This document shows positions 62,503-64,000 of a stretch of 64,000 bases of DNA, in pieces (within the stretch, counting starts at the first letter, position 1; every line of letters starts with the position of its first letter). The stretch lies in the sequence record SRR31156797_4840; one strand, 5' to 3'. A program made the translations under genes and the position numbers. Below the pieces are notes generated by a model. The model did not search any database, was not told the origin of the DNA, and saw only the letters and a program-made list of their open reading frames with translations.

Positions 62503-64000
62503 CGAGTTGATTTCACGCAACAAAATAAGTACTATTTTACAAAATTTCCCTCAATTTGAAATTGTGCTCAGTACGGCAAATCCTTACGAATTGTTAAATT
62601 ATTTGGAGATTTATTCTGTAGATCTCATTTTTTTAGACATGAATATGCCAATTATGAATGGTTTAGCCTTTTTAGAACAATTGGAACTGATCGATCGCAC
62701 GACTAAAGTGATCGTGATGAGTGGCTATGCCGACTTTAATTATGCGAGTGGTAGCATGAAATATGGGGTCGTTGACTATCTTTTGAAACATGAATTGAGC
62801 GAGGAAGTGATTTCGGAAGCGCTGAAAAAAATCAATTTTTTTACAAACAAGCCTATCGCTGCGCCTGCTTACGAAACACCCTCTCTACGTGACTTTTTTC
62901 ATGGAAATACAAGTTTCTTGATGCAACAGTATCCGCATTTTGTAACTGAAAAAATGGTAGGACTTGTTATGATACCTATCTCTATCAGCAAAAATGTTTG
63001 GGACAAAGAAAAGTATAAACGAAAAGTGAGCGCTGTTTTAGAGCAATTGATTTTAGACACAAAGAATGAAACCATAGAAATGCTCTCTTTTGTGACTGAT
63101 GATGGGAAGCTTTTTATGCTCTACTCGTTTGCAAAAATCAAGTCCTATAAAGCGATCAATGATTACTTGGAAACGATCAAAAACAAGTGCTACCATGCTG
63201 CCAAGCGCTTACTAGATGTTGAACTTTTTCTCCTGCGATCCCCAGTAAGCAATCGACTGTCGGAGGTATTAGAACTATTTAAGAGCGATGAACGAATCTC
63301 AGATTTACTCTTTTTTTCACGTCCGAATGAGTTGCTGCATTTTTCAAGCCAAGAATGCAGCAAAAACGTCTTTCAACAGCATGAGATCGCTTTGTATCTG
63401 AAAAAAATCTATTTTTATACCAAATACATCGAACCAGAGAATATCGGATATTATAGTAAAAAACTGTTTGAGTATATAAGAGAAAAACGGGTCGCACGTT
63501 CGCTGGCTTTAGAATTAATTGCACAAATCGATTTTCAAATCAGTTTAGCGATGAGTAATAGCTTTAGACAACCGATGGAAACGATGATTCAAATCAATTA
63601 TTATCAACAGTTCGATACGTTACTAAGAATCGAAGCAGATTTTTTTGAAGCCATCTCATTAAGTGTAAAAAATTTCCAAAAAGAAGTCTTTAAGCCTGTT
63701 GACGAGCCGGTAAAAAAATGTATTCTTTATCTTCATCAACACTTCAAAGAACCGATAAGCTTGCAGACCTGCGCCGAAGCGATTGATTTAAATTATTCCT
63801 ATTTAAGTAGGGTGTTTAAGCAGCAATGGGGACAGTCTTTTTCAAAATACTTGTCTGAGTTGCGGATCGATTATGCAAAACTATTGTTGAGTACCTCGTC
63901 TTGTAGTGTCAATGAAGTCGCAAGGCAAAGCGGATTTGCGAACTATAATTATTTTTTCCGTGTTTTTAAAGAACGAGTAGGAGTCTCTCCATATCAGTTT
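62477..64000 (+). CDS. Response regulator with AraC output (YesN-like), last codons outside window
   Basis: Manual translation from ATG 62477: MKKIALLDDE...LDMNMP...DYLLKH...NYSYLSRVFK...SGFANYNYFFRVFK...SPYQF. No internal stop up to 64000; absent from the ORF track. Confidence 0.9.
   Translation, partial: MKKIALLDDELISRNKISTILQNFPQFEIVLSTANPYELLNYLEIYSVDLIFLDMNMPIMNGLAFLEQLELIDRTTKVIVMSGYADFNYASGSMKYGVVDYLLKHELSEEVISEALKKINFFTNKPIAAPAYETPSLRDFFHGNTSFLMQQYPHFVTEKMVGLVMIPISISKNVWDKEKYKRKVSAVLEQLILDTKNETIEMLSFVTDDGKLFMLYSFAKIKSYKAINDYLETIKNKCYHAAKRLLDVELFLLRSPVSNRLSEVLELFKSDERISDLLFFSRPNELLHFSSQECSKNVFQQHEIALYLKKIYFYTKYIEPENIGYYSKKLFEYIREKRVARSLALELIAQIDFQISLAMSNSFRQPMETMIQINYYQQFDTLLRIEADFFEAISLSVKNFQKEVFKPVDEPVKKCILYLHQHFKEPISLQTCAEAIDLNYSYLSRVFKQQWGQSFSKYLSELRIDYAKLLLSTSSCSVNEVARQSGFANYNYFFRVFKERVGVSPYQF

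Noticed and set aside
62477..64000. Possible frameshifted response regulator (absent from the ORF track, many homopolymer runs)
   Set aside because: Manual translation is open to the window end; it is only truncated by the window.
1..64000. CRISPR arrays, IS/transposases, integrases, prophage genes, rRNA/tRNA
   Set aside because: No repeat-spacer pattern or recognisable motifs seen; intergenic gaps are short and mostly explained.

Overview
A 64-kb chromosomal window from a low-GC Gram-positive bacterium. Gene content, order and codon style suggest Enterococcus, probably the plant-associated casseliflavus/gallinarum group (inference). Most of it is plant-sugar utilisation. (i) A LacR/PfkB-linked galactitol-family PTS with a class II aldolase (1-5 kb). 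(ii) A binding-protein/kinase/AraC-regulator sensing trio divergent from a ChvE-GguAB-type monosaccharide ABC importer, an orphan EIIB and a GH29 fucosidase (9-19.4 kb). (iii) msmX and its regulator. (iv) araR-B-D-A plus phosphoketolase (22.8-30.2 kb). (v) A large arabinan/hemicellulose locus (46.3-64 kb): ArsR-type regulator, ATPase-less ABC importer, two GH43, GH51, a Cys-rich microprotein, GH31, GH27, two AraC proteins and a second two-component system. Interspersed are topB, mtaR with a metE-like gene, a His T-box-controlled ABC transporter, a VapBC-type pair, ftsK, proC, pip and kimA. I saw no rRNA, tRNA, CRISPR array, IS or prophage. The most notable signals missing from the ORF track are an ATT-initiated regulator upstream of msmX, a one-and-a-half T-box leader, a leader ORF in front of the arabinan operon, a two-stop pseudogene and several candidate operators. 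All calls come from motif recognition by eye; no searches or folding programs were run.
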